The translations under genes were made by a program, and so were the position numbers. From Balanoglossus misakiensis (taxonomy: Eukaryota > Animalia > Hemichordata): DNA of 64,000 bases. Positions 36,594-47,450 of the stretch are shown here, piece by piece. Position 1 is the stretch's first letter. Each line of letters opens with the position of its first letter. The DNA is taken from contig CM082591.2 of the NCBI GenBank assembly GCA_040954595.2, forward strand, positions 8,174,047 to 8,238,046. Direction: 5' to 3'. The notes under the pieces are model-generated. The model was not told the DNA's origin, did no database searches, and saw nothing but the letters and a program-made list of their open reading frames with translations.

Positions 36594-38799
36594 GCCATCA
36601 TCACTACCACCAACACCATCATCATGTACCACCTCCACAATCATCAAAGTAATGTTAAGTAATGATTTATCTTCATCTTTAATACAAGCAGCAACACAGA
36701 TCCCAGCAACAGGCATGCCAGAAGATCACACAAATGAAATCATCATGACAGAAAAGGCAAAACCACAAACAACACAAAATCCAAACGAACTTCCACAGAG
36801 CAACAGAACGGCAGGCACATTCCCACCGTAAGTAATCTTGCTTTGACATCGGTTATGTGTAAAGGGAAAGGGTCGTCGCACCGTGTGGGTGTCCCCCTTG
36901 ATGAGAATATGTCATCCAATACAAGCACAAACCTCACTGCAGTCACCACGACCTACTAGGATCTTCAGTTGCTGTCATGCCCAGTCTTCTTTCATTCTAA
37001 GAATTATCTAATTTCAGGGGTTTGTGGATGAATTGTAATGTTTATTAACAAACAAATGCGGCGCAACGACCCATTCACTGTAACATCTGGTTGCTTCTCC
37101 CCACCCAGGAGTACACATAATGGGTACCTACCTGTAGTAGGGCAGAGATTGTTATGTTTGACTACACATGAGTTGTTGTCTGTACCTCTGGAGTTGAATG
37201 GAATTAATTCTGGTCTTATTATATTTTGCTGTATTCTCTAGTTGTACAATTGAAGAAGAGATAGCTGGTCTCTGCAATCAAAATCTGCAAGCGGGACACA
37301 GAGGAAAGAGTCAGATGCCATTATATTTTTATGTCATTCTGGGAGTCATGATGGCCATATCAGTGATGATATTTATACTAGCAATTCTTCTATGGACGAG
37401 GTAATTATTACGTTTTATCCTTTATGATAAAAATGCATGAATTATACAATACCATGGATGCAGATTATCAGATGTCGGAAGTGGCCAAGTTCTGCATGGC
37501 CTTTGTGTCTGGGATTATTATAAGCCTCCCACTTTTGTTAACCCTTTCACCACAATGGTTCAGTCCAAACCCATTGTTGTCTATGGTATGGTTGGACCTC
37601 TACATAGAGAACTGGGGGGTGAAAGGGTTAAATCTAGCCCGAGATATCTTATACACAAAACATTTTCAATGAGGTTGAATAGGGTCTGAAAACACTTTGC
37701 TATCACTTGAGAATTGAGACATACAATGGGCATATGTAAAGAAAGTCATCAAAAATTTGTCATACAAAACCATTTTAACCCTTTCACCACCATGGTTCAG
37801 TCCAAACCCATTGATTTCTATGGTAGAGTTGGACCTCTAAAGAGGGAACTGGGGCTGAAACAGTTTAAGAAGCAAAGGACAGCAAAAGAGAGAGTCACAA
37901 TATAAAGTAAAAAGTGGATGTTACACGTCTCTCACAAATTCAAATCAATTCACTAATATTTATGTTATATCAAACAGGAGGAAGAGGAGAAGACTGATTA
38001 TCACCAATGGTAACATCTTTGCCAATCCAACATATACAAGCGGAGAAAACAGAATTGTTATTAACAAAAGAGACAGGGACACTGCCAGAACATGGCGATA
38101 TTATGCAAAAGAGGTAATCTTAATCTTTATTTCTTTACTCACAAATTGAAGGATGGGGACATAAGATTGTTTTAAAAATCACTGTAAAGAATAAATGAAA
38201 CAACAAAACGGAATGGCTTCATTCTAACAATTCTTATAAAACAACATAATTATGAATGAAAAGACATAAAAAGGTAGGGTGTTTAGTTTCTTGTGAAAAA
38301 ATCCAGTGTTTGGACAGGTCAAATATGTAATGACAGGGAATTCCTTAAGCGAGGTACACAAAATGAACAGGCCCTATCACCATAATAAGCTGTATCTCCA
38401 ATTCTGACTTTGTTAAATATTTTTTTTTAGGAAGGGGTCATTGTGTACCGGTAATAGTTTAAAACTTTGACATAATGGACTAATGTAACTTTTTTGTTGT
38501 AGGATCGTCTATCAAGTGCAAATCTGTTAGAGAAGCTAAATAATGAAGAAGCAGCCAAAAATCTGACCAAATCTGATGTTGGTGAAGCTGTCGGTGTTCT
38601 TGGGGCCGTTGGGGGCGCTCTACCTCAGCCCGGTGCAGCCTGTTGTGTGCATGCAGAACCACCATTGAAAAAAGACAATGTGGAGACGTTGTACGTGGCC
38701 AAACCGCTGAACGAGGATCCGGATTCGGACGAGGAAGAGATCGAGGAATACGAACCGGATGAAAAGCCTTGCTCTGTCGCCTTGGAAACGGAAATCTGA
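15217..38799 (+). CDS. LRP4: Low-density lipoprotein receptor-related protein 4 orthologue (spliced, 33 visible coding exons, about 1874 aa plus an unlocated signal-peptide exon)
   Basis: Exons, all AG/GT-bounded with consistent phases: 15217-15363, 16059-16289, 17655-17771, 18350-18472, 18606-18737, 19480-19596, 20087-20203, 20664-20801, 21021-21146, 22098-22328, 23078-23234, 23746-23963, 24585-24761, 25480-25605, 26566-26774, 27228-27415, 27860-28061, 28879-29068, 29836-29967, 30333-30470, 30879-31137, 31598-31760, 32530-32755, 33039-33164, 33601-33778, 34182-34400, 34969-35212, 35655-35799, 36121-36240, 36692(or 36689)-36827, 37242-37400, 37978-38113, 38503-38799. Domain order 8 LDLa, 2 EGF, 4 x (YWTD propeller + EGF), TM, NPxY, PDZ-type end is the LRP4 architecture. 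The first LDLa repeat has the LRP4-type CxC...ECTCIP signature. Confidence 0.95.
16708..16910. repeat. About 200-bp imperfect palindrome (fold-back element)
   Basis: Arms acacctatagcctggcc...ctgtgagttaccagaatcatatgctattt and aaatagcatatgattctggtaactcacag...ggccaggcaataggtgt around the centre cctcggcccgcggcctcgg. Confidence 0.75.
17180..17514. mobile_element. Fold-back (near fully palindromic) TTAA-type MITE, family G
   Basis: Ends agggacaaagtctctctctcgctgccc / gggcagcgagagagactttgtccct. Full copies 39397-39746 and 52596-52938; near-full about 24205-24547; partial 2612-2830, 27540-27754, 62351-62501. Confidence 0.85.
18009..18306. mobile_element. piggyBac-like MITE (CCCTAA...TTAGGG ends, TTAA TSD), family C
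   Basis: TTAA at 18005-18008 and 18307-18310. Full inverted copy 55286-55598; fragments 9281-10562 (interrupted) and 12973-13120; element with related ends at 52020-52361. Confidence 0.8.
18800..18862 (+). repeat. Short degenerate tandem repeat (tggctgttctgttctctgtct, about 27-bp period)
   Basis: Two full copies and one partial copy in an LRP4 intron. Confidence 0.7.
20664..21146 (+). CDS. LRP4: LRP4 EGF and calcium-binding EGF exons (20664-20801, 21021-21146)
   Basis: [12 protein letters not shown]...[16 protein letters not shown] and [32 protein letters not shown]. Confidence 0.95.
21166..21390. mobile_element. Degenerate copy of the AcademH-like family L
   Basis: Same TIR sequence (gtgtgttcccggcgtta...) as 57557-58111; flanks atagttccc / ttagttctc (7/9 identical). 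Confidence 0.65.
21600..22050. repeat. Interspersed repeat with an internal duplication of about 105 bp; inverted copy near 42400-42720
   Basis: Shared block ataggcgctgaggctcggccccatagacaatgggttgcgg. caggtctggccggcaaa...gccagtatttgacctga occurs twice in tandem. Confidence 0.7.
22098..25605 (+). CDS. LRP4: LRP4 YWTD beta-propeller 1 + EGF
   Basis: [43 protein letters not shown], then [14 protein letters not shown]. Confidence 0.95.
24796..25086. repeat. Interspersed repeat with short inverted ends; second copy 34408-34692
   Basis: High similarity over about 280 bp (tggcattcaaatttccagatgacgggcaa...ttgcccgtcatctggaaat). Confidence 0.75.
26566..29967 (+). CDS. LRP4: LRP4 YWTD beta-propeller 2 + EGF
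   Basis: [45 protein letters not shown], then [16 protein letters not shown]. Confidence 0.95.
29585..29776. mobile_element. TTAA-flanked MITE (aggtatacggtcacc...gtgactgtatacct), Kolobok-like, family H
   Basis: TTAA on both sides. Copies at 48421-48606 and 60587-60770. Confidence 0.8.
30333..33164 (+). CDS. LRP4: LRP4 YWTD beta-propeller 3 + EGF
   Basis: [45 protein letters not shown], then [14 protein letters not shown]. Confidence 0.95.
33601..36240 (+). CDS. LRP4: LRP4 YWTD beta-propeller 4 + EGF
   Basis: [50 protein letters not shown], then [13 protein letters not shown]. Confidence 0.95.
36529..36593 (+). repeat. (CAT)n microsatellite in an LRP4 intron
   Basis: Long ATC/CAT trinucleotide run with a degenerate extension. 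Confidence 0.95.
36692..38799 (+). CDS. LRP4: LRP4 Thr/Pro-rich stalk, transmembrane helix and cytoplasmic tail
   Basis: Stalk 36692-36827. [27 protein letters not shown] in 37242-37400, followed by RRKRRR. FANPTY at 38018-38035. Final exon 38503-38799 ends [11 protein letters not shown]. Confidence 0.85.
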
Positions 38800-39396
38800 G
38801 CGAACCAGATGTGCTTATCTGTGAGTAGGTGATCCGAGTGGAGAAGAGGAAATTGAGCACGCTTGTTTTTTGATATGAATTCACAGACTGTGATACGGAC
38901 ATCTAAAGGATGAATTCTATCGATGCCTGAACTTCAAAATGGTGCCTCTGTGACTCGATGACCCCTGCTGGATGTTTTGTCACACGAACAAAAAAGTGAT
39001 CTTTTTTTTCACTGTTTTGCAATATTCAAAAGTGTATATTTATCAAATTTAGAGATGGTGTATTTTGTACAGCATAAATACTCAGTTTTCACTTTCTTAC
39101 GATTTGTGTCATTTTGATTTTTATTGAAAATATTATGATCATGTGACTCATATGGGGAAAAAATTATGATACAAATAATATAAAATAAGAATATTTGCAC
39201 CTTTTAGAGGAAAAAAAGTTATTCTAAGTTGAATATTCACATAATTTAACCAGAGCCTTGCAAATATACCTGAAAGTTGTTTATGATCTGTGATTTGAGT
39301 ATCTATATTTACAAAGTTTAATAGAAGCCTTAAGTTTAGTATTTTGGGATTGTATCAGGTATAGTTGATTGTCTGCTTGATGGTGTCTTTTATTAA

Positions 39397-39746
39397 AGGG
39401 ACACAGTCTCTCTCTCGCTGCACTTTTTCCATGATTTATGTTTGATAAAAGACTCTGTTTATGTTATTCTACATGTGGATATGTAGTGAATGAATGTTCA
39501 ACCACACACAACTTCCATCCTGTTTGTATGAGATGAGAGTAAAAACTCGCCCAAAATGAATAAATGGTAGTGACTGATTATTCATTTTGGTGAGTTTTTT
39601 CACTCTAGTGTCTACAAGCGGGATGGAAGGTGTGTGTGTTCGAACGTTGATTCAATATATAACCACATGTACATTAACATAAATGGTATCTTGTATCAAA
39701 CGTAATTAATGGAAATAGGGCAGCGAGAGAGAGAGACTTTGTCCCT
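39397..39746. mobile_element. Family G fold-back MITE within the probable LRP4 3' UTR
   Basis: TTAA|agggacacagtctctctctcgctgc ... gggcagcgagagagagagactttgtccct|TTCA. Confidence 0.85.
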
Positions 39747-39929
39747 TTCACTCTCATGTCTGCCTTTCACATGTGGTAGCATCACTCTAAACTTCTGTAT
39801 TAGTAGTGTGTGAATTATTTATCTTTTTTTCCATGATGCATTTGTGTCATTTTTTATTGCTTAACTCTAAGTAACAAGCACATTTTATTTCTGTCACAAG
39901 CTGTCAGAGGTTCTGTTTTTACTTTGCAT

Positions 39930-40262
39930 ACTTCAATATGCATTCAGAATTTCCTTTGCGTAAAATGTAACAAATTGCGTGGCAATTGATAGCCTGTAAT
40001 TGAACACCACCGTACATTGTTGCAAACTTTTATCTGTTATGTTGCCTGAGTGAAAATTGCAACATTTCTGCACATGTATAAATGTTGTGTGCATGTCCAC
40101 GTTATTTTTAGCATGTAACTTGTAAGCCTTGCTCAATACAATTTGCATATCACTAGTGGCAAAAAGTCAATGCGTAATGATGTACGCCCCATCATTATCT
40201 TTGCATAATTTTGGTCAGAAATGTGTGAAATATGCAGGATTTTTGCGTTAAGGGAATCACAG
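39930..40262. repeat. Interspersed repeat; second copy near 51185-51512
   Basis: Collinear similarity (aaattgcgtggcaattgatagcctgtaa...gcgttaagggaatcac). Confidence 0.7.
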
Positions 40263-40514
40263 GCTGTAGTTCTCTGTAAACTTGGTTGGAATGATCACAA
40301 ACCTCCATTCTTGGTTCTCTCCTGAGTACAGATTGACATGTTTATATGGTGGTAGTCTGGTATTTTCTAATGAGATATTTATTAATTAATCCAACTGCTG
40401 ATGGATAACTGATAAAGTTATCTATCTAACTGATGATTGTAAAGTTCCTCCTAATTTTGGCCATAACCATTCTACAGTTAGACCTTTGTGAAGACCAAAT
40501 CCAACATGTCAATA

Positions 40515-40685
40515 CACCCTTTTCATAAGTCTAGCGCCCTCATGCAGCAATCATGAATATGAACTCGATACAAGGCCAATGGTGAACATCCCTGTTGATG
40601 CGATTGGTCAACTTTTCCCTATTGGCTCCGCTTTGAGTTGAAATTCATGATGGCTGCACGAGGGCGCTAGACCTATGAAAGGGTG
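40515..40685. mobile_element. TA-flanked MITE with TIRs of about 35 bp
   Basis: TA|cacccttttcataagtctagcgccctc...gagggcgctagacctatgaaagggtg|TA. Partial copy near 63600-63670. Confidence 0.7.
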
Positions 40686-43493
40686 TATACTGGCTTAGCT
40701 GCAAAGTCATTCCAAAAGTCATTTCCATTGCATTCTGTATACGTTGTAACATTTTTATTATAGATAAAAAGTTACCTGTGCTTTCTTGATAATTTTCATG
40801 TGTAAAACCATCACTTAGCAACTCAATGCAACCAGCAATAACTTATAATTCATATTGGTAATTCTAATAATCATAAATTTCTGGCTATTATAATTGTACA
40901 TCTACATAGTCATCTTGAAACTATATGCAGTTATGCTACTGTACTATCGCCAATCTTTTTTCTTAAAATTGTCAGCAGAAATCAATTTTCTCTCATTTAG
41001 TATCTGTTTGACCAATTTGTAGAGATATTCCATTGAAAAATCAAGGAAAAATACCAGTATGGTATGAAGGAATTCGTGTTTAGAGAATTTTTAGCTTTTT
41101 TTAAATTTTCGACACCAATGTTGTCGTATGGATAGTCATTGCATTGCTCTGTGTTGCTAGGGCGAGGTGATCACACAAATTTCGTGTAGTAACACTCTTA
41201 CTTGAAATCTTGTCCAAATTAGTAACTGTAGCTGACCTGAAGGCTGACAATAGTCTTATGCGCATGTGCCAAACCAGAGACTCTGGTTACAAAATTTGTA
41301 TACAGTCAATAAGGATTGTGGCGACCATTGTCTTTATTGGAAATCGGGAAAAGAGAGCAAATTGGGGGAAAAGAAGGGACAAAACTAAAGTCTACTTGTA
41401 CAGTGCGAACAAAGTATGTAAGGAAGTGAAGGCAGTCAGTCAACTATTTCAATGTGTCCAACACAAAATCTGCAGAACATTTGGATTGTTTGGTTACATG
41501 AAATTATGCACACATGCATAATACGATTTAATCGGCCCTTGATATGTTATATCAAGCAGGAATTTGTTTCACAACATTCATGATCATCATCAACAACAAC
41601 AACAACAGCAAATTAGTCAATCACATGTTTCCATTTAGCCAATAACAAGACAAGTGACAACCACCAGATGACTCCATTTTCTGTATGCAAGCACATTCCA
41701 TTGGTGTCTTCCTGACACCAGAGACCATTGTAGTACGATTGTCGACTTTACATTTCCGGATTGAATTATGTTGACTGCAAGGATCTGCACCTCTTCAGCA
41801 ATTACAGAAAAACAAGGGCTTGTTTCCCTCACTGCAGCTGTGTTATTGTGAAACGAAAAAAGTATAAAATACAGTATCTGGAAATTATTATTTATGAGAG
41901 TCTTTTTAAAAGAGTTTTGTACCAAAATGAAGGTTATGAATTCTTTGTTCAAATTCGTTGGCAGCATTTATTAAGCAGTGAAAGGGCTTGTGAACAAGAG
42001 TGTGACATAATCATTGTGTAGTTACTAGTCCTCTTCACAAAGTTACTCAAAAAAATATATTTATGTAAAAAGTGCCAGTATTATTTTGTAACATTAGATT
42101 TGTATACACTAACAAAGTAATACAAAGGATATGTACACAATTAGTGTGATATTTTAGCAAGAGAAGTATCATCACTTGTTGAATCTGTAGAACATATGAA
42201 TTATATGTTGCTGTTGTCATCCAAATTTAGTATTAGACACAGGTACATATCAAAGTCCATTGTCTGTAATATGATCAGAAAATGAATATGAAATAAACAT
42301 GAATACAATGTTAAAGAACATTATGTGTGTGGAGTAACCATGGGAACATGAATGATTTCCAATATCATATGGGGGTCACACACACACCATTAAGACGGTT
42401 CTGAAGCATCTCAGATCAGAAACCGTCTTTAAAAAAAACGTGTGGACGGTGTATAGTGGTTCTGAAACGTCTCAGATTTAAGACGGCTTTGCCAGTCAGA
42501 CCTGAGCCAGTGTAAGGATTAACACCTCACCGCAACCCATTGTCTATGGGGCCGAGCCTCAGCGCCTATACATAAACTTGTGTGTGTGGACACAACGCGA
42601 CTCAAAGAATTAATGCTCTGTGTTTACCATAGGCAAATAGTGTCTCAAAGTTTACCCTGTGTGAACCTGGTATCATTCAATTTGCATTTTATTTGTTTGT
42701 GCTACTTCTCCTCCCCTCTGCGTTTTAGATCATGCTAACATTCTATACGATACTCAAGTGAGAAAGCATTTCCTCATTTAAAATTTTTTTAAATAAACAT
42801 CATAAAAAGATGGCATTTGTTTGTTGTCCCAAGCCCATCTTTTTATTAAAGCCCCATGAGCTGCAACTCCATAAAAACTTGTCAGCTTTAAATAATCGCG
42901 GATATGCTTTTGACTCTGTCAATTATTAAAATATTGCTTGATAGTACGGTCGAAAATTCCCACATTTAAAAAAGTGAAATATTGCAATGAAAATGAAAAT
43001 GTAATGTCTCACTGGAGTACATTTACTTTCATGTGATCTTGTGGATCAGATTATGCTTTGTTTATGAGTTGAGAATACAACTTTGTCATATTTTGCATTT
43101 TCTCATGGGGGCAGCCATGCATATTCAACACAAGAAAATAATGCAACATCTGTGATCTTTTATGCTAAACAACTTCTCAATCACAACCAATCACAAGCTT
43201 CACAAAATGCACCTGGTGAATGACACATTTCAATTGGATAGTTGTCAGCCAGTTCATTTTGCCAGATGGTCAGTGAGGGGCCACTTAATCATTCGAAACT
43301 CAGTCTTTGATGGACAAACATCATGTCCGAGAGCAGTGACAACAACGACCCTGTATAACCCTGAGCAATTTGCAACAACCAAGTGAAAGTGAAGGTCATG
43401 ACTGTGATGATATGGACTGGATTTTGCCACGGTTTTGGTAGCCTCATTTAAGATATGGAAAGTGACTTGAAGAAAATCAAGGGTGGCCTTTCT

Positions 43494-45093
43494 CCGGCAA
43501 GTTTGTGTCATCGGTTCTCAAAATCAGGCTGACCCCCCCCCCCCCTTCACCCAGCACCAAAAAATGATGACCCCCCCCTTTGACAGACACAAAAATATGA
43601 TGACCCCCCCCCCCCCCCGCCGAAAACATTCGCCGTCCTGATCCTATGTACACTGTATGCAATAAAAGGAACGAGGCTCCTCATACCTCAATTATAAATT
43701 TCTTTAAGTAATTGAAGTATAATAATAGTATATCGTTGCAATAAAGAAATCTATGAACAAATTAAAATGACAAGTCAATACAATAGTTGCTAGAATTGGT
43801 AAAACAAGAAAAGTGGTGGGGGTGGGCGTGGGAGGGGGTGTCCGAGAATATTTTGTAAAATACGGTGCTCAAAGTTGCATTTTAATGAACTCAAAAGCAA
43901 ATTAAGTCAATGTTAGGGAGGACAAATTTACATTTTGCCACTCCACTCAAAGTAAGGCTGCATTCACAAACACCTCTGGAGGGGGGGGGCGGGAGAATTC
44001 AATTTTTTTTACCGCTAATTTTCACATGCCCCCCTTCCGAACTGCCAATATTTTCAAATCCCCCCCTTCCGAACTGCCAAAATTTTGAAATGCCCCCCTC
44101 CCATTTTCTTTCACAGAGCAAAACACATCACCTATCTATCTTGTAAAAAGAAAAACAGCGCTCCCATGAAAAGAATTTGAAACTGATGTTTCCCCTTATC
44201 AGTGGGTATTAAAACTGAACATTGTTTTTATTTTTTTAAGTGTTTGTATTCTGTGTTGGGAGACATTGTAAACCGAGAATTGAAGGGGGTGGGAGTGGGA
44301 GGGGGTGTCCCCCTCCCACGTAAGAAAATTTTCTAAAATACAGAGCTCAAAGCTGCATTTTAATGAACCCGGCAAAAGCAAATTAACTCAACTACCGGTA
44401 TGTTGGGGAGGACAAATTTAACCGTCGCCGCTCAAAGTTATCATGGGGTGGGGGCAAGTCCCCTGACCTGGGACACTAGATAAACCAGTCAATGATTGAA
44501 AGGTGTTGATGAATGGAGGGGCTGGGTCCGAAATTTGTCCCCCTCCCACATTAGAAAATTTTGTAAAATAAAAACTGCATTTTTGTGGACTCAAAATAAA
44601 TATTTAGTCGTTAAAGTTTTCAAGTCCCCCCCTTTTCAGTCCCTAAATTATCTCAAATCCCCCCCCCCTTACATACCCTCAATTTTTTCAAATCCCCCCC
44701 CTCAATTCTCCTGCCCCCCCCCCCCTCCAGAGGTGTTTGTGAATGCAGCCTAAGCATTGGTGGGATGGGATGGCAAGAAGTCTTCTCTGGTACACTAGAC
44801 AAACCAGGGAATAAATGCAATGTGGCGAAGAATGGAGGGGGTGGGTGTGGGTGGGGGTGTCCCCTTCCCACATAAGTAAATTTTGTAAAATAAAGTGCGC
44901 GAAACTGCAATTTTGTGGACTCAAAAGCAAAAGTTCGGTGGCAAAAGTATGTGACCACCCACCCCCCCCCCCCCGTAAACGTTTAAAAAACCCAGATGAC
45001 CCCCCCTCCCTTTTGGACTTCAAAATTTAAGTGACCCCCCCCCCCTGGATTTTGCCAACCCCCCCCCCCCAGGCCGTCAAACTGAATGGTCCC
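43494..45093 (-). mobile_element. Family B Harbinger-type element (inverted, one end truncated) carrying a nested family A element at 43956-44750
   Basis: Reverse complement of 9345-10400. The nested element is flanked by TAA/TAA where the 9.3-10.4 kb copy has a single TAA. Confidence 0.85.
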
Positions 45094-46552
45094 TAAGTAA
45101 TATTTTCTGTCATTTTCTCTCGAAACGTACATTTAAAGTTAGTATATTGATTAGGAATTTTAAATTGTGCATAATTAGCAAGGGACTTCAAGGAAGTTCT
45201 GGTTGGTCAAAAAAGGGAACTCACAGACGAAACAGTGTGCGAGGCAGAAATGAAACCCCATGCAGTGAACAAAAGGTCGAGCCCAGGGCAGAGATTACAG
45301 AGAAAGATGGCCGAACCAAGTATGTTCACCTGCAAGTAATTCTTCCTGGAGGAGGCAAAATTTCTTTCAAAATGAACAATGATTATTTTGTTATCGTGCG
45401 TGTTGTGAGTGAATGTTATTATTCCTGGTGCAGTACAACTTCTGGATACTCTGTACACAGTTGCAGTGCAATATTCAGATCAGGCTTTACTGGTAGAGCT
45501 GTGACCCCATTTCTCTGACCTGTAACACTGTTTGGGTTCATCTGAATCTGTAACAACCTATGTGAATGGTCAAGACACAGGAACATATGCATGTACAACA
45601 CCTAACATTAGCCAATTTTTAGGGAGAATTCAACTCCAATAATAGATTAATTGTAAATGACCACATTTGGACTTTTTTTCAAGCAGTTACTTTTTAATTT
45701 TTTTTCAAACACCACATATAAACATCACATTACTTTTTATGCTGCAGGGTCTGTCCAACAAAAGTCTAGCTGGCATTTAGACAGGTCTCACACGAGACAC
45801 CTCGCCAGTAATGATTTATCCATATACAGTAAAACCTGTCTAAATTGAACACTAAAAGGACTGAAGAAAATGTTCAGTTTGCAGAGGTGTCTGGTTTATA
45901 GAGGTTCTTTCAACATGTGGTTCTATGTCCAAAGGACTGGAAAATGTTTTCGGTATAGACAGGTTTCCAGATTAGGCAGGGTTTGGTTTAGACATGTTTT
46001 ACTGTATTATATATTGCAAGTGCGTGTTTGCCTTGGGTGTACATGCGGGCAGTACCTGTATCCCCTACCAATTTGAGTCATTGTATAGAAAGGGAGCTGT
46101 TTTCTGGAATGTCAAGATGGATATAGTCTTTGGCATCAGATGCATTCAAAAGAACAGGTGTATCTTAAAGATAGAGAATAGATCAAGAAAGAATACTTAT
46201 AGAGCAGACTTTCTCGATGCCAGGCACTTATTTGTGATAAAAGTTTGCAAAAAAAACAACCTCCAAAAGCCCTCATCAAAAACAGTTTCAGGAGGGTTTG
46301 GAATCTGTAGTTTCAAATAACCAAAAAGCATTCTGGAGTTCATGAAATAATTTCGGCTTGTGAAAGTGCTCTTGTATCCACATTGAAGTTATTAGTGATG
46401 AAGGTGGAAACATTGTTACTGATTCAAACAGGGTTCTGTGGAATGGAGAGACAATTTGAAAAGTCTCTACATGGGCTTTGATGGCAATAACAATTTCAAT
46501 GATGATTTTTTGTTCTTTGGAACAATTATGGACTATTGTGATAACTCTGTTA

Positions 46553-47002
46553 GGCCATTCACACAGCTCAAACTAGAAAGGGTAAGCCATTGTCCTAGCC
46601 AGGTATGTGGCCGAGCTGAAAAACAGGTGTGAACCGGCAACATGGTTCTGCTTTATAAGGTCAAAGGTTGACGAAACGACGTCGGCCAGGACTGTGCCAA
46701 ACACAAAAACGGGTCTGGCCGGCAATTGTCCGGACAATTTTGGTCCCAGTCGAATGGGGTGGTTTGTGGTCGACTCTGGTCCGAATCTGGTCCGACTCTG
46801 GTGTGTGTGGACACGTTTTGTCCGACACTGGTCCTAGTTGACACCTTTTACAATTGACATAAAGCAGTGTAGTCTATCATTTGACAATGGTGAAAATCGA
46901 ATAAACAACCAGAAGAGGACCAACATGGTTCTGCTTTATAAGGTCAAAGGTTGGCGAAACGACGTCGGCCAGGACTGTGCCAAACACAATGTGAACAGGG
47001 AC
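46553..47002. mobile_element. Possible Harbinger-like element containing a 69-bp direct repeat
   Basis: TTA|ggccattcacac...gtgaacagggac|TAA. 46638-46706 and 46921-46989 differ at one base. Confidence 0.5.
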
Positions 47003-47450
47003 TAAAGATTAGTTTATCTTGTCACAATCATCGGGATTAGTTTTGCCCGGCCATGGTCCTAGATGTGAACCCACAAACTGTGTGGTGTATGCCGTAGACA
47101 GCAGTTATTCAAAATTGCATCAGTAACTTATTTTCTCCAGTAATGACTCTTGCAAATGTCTCCAGCATGCTATTTGAATTTTTGATGAATTGTTACAAAA
47201 TGTCATTTTAGGGTAATTCAGTAAAAAAGGGTTCAAGTACTGCATACATTAGAGTATATGAAAACCAATTCTCAATTCAAAACTAAACTCATCAGTAATA
47301 CTTTAAATTTGGACCAAGGTTTTACTTTTTAGCATCTTTTTTTTGACAGTGGACTCACATACAAACTAACATGCATGGATGCGCAAATGAAATTATTGTG
47401 GAAATTCTTTTATTCAAATAGAAGTAAGAACCTTACAAAAAGTACATTAA

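Larger units (their letters stand above)
38800..42320 (+). other. Probable long 3' UTR of LRP4 with candidate polyA signal AATAAA at 42292-42297
   Basis: AT-rich non-coding sequence after the stop codon. The AATAAA is followed by a GT-rich tract (ttatgtgtgt) about 25 nt later. The end point is inferred, not shown. Confidence 0.4.

Noticed and set aside
36450-36716. Poly-Met ORF on minus and the MPSSLPPTP extension on plus
   Set aside because: Products of the intronic (CAT)n repeat; the real exon starts at the acceptor at 36689/36692.
15217-38799. Alternative identities LRP5/6, LRP1/2 or VLDLR
   Set aside because: LRP5/6 have their LDLa repeats after the propellers and PPPSP motifs; LRP1/2 are far larger with several LDLa clusters; VLDLR has a single propeller.
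38480-38902. 140-aa minus-strand ORF
   Set aside because: Antisense shadow of the last LRP4 coding exon, with no recognisable motifs.
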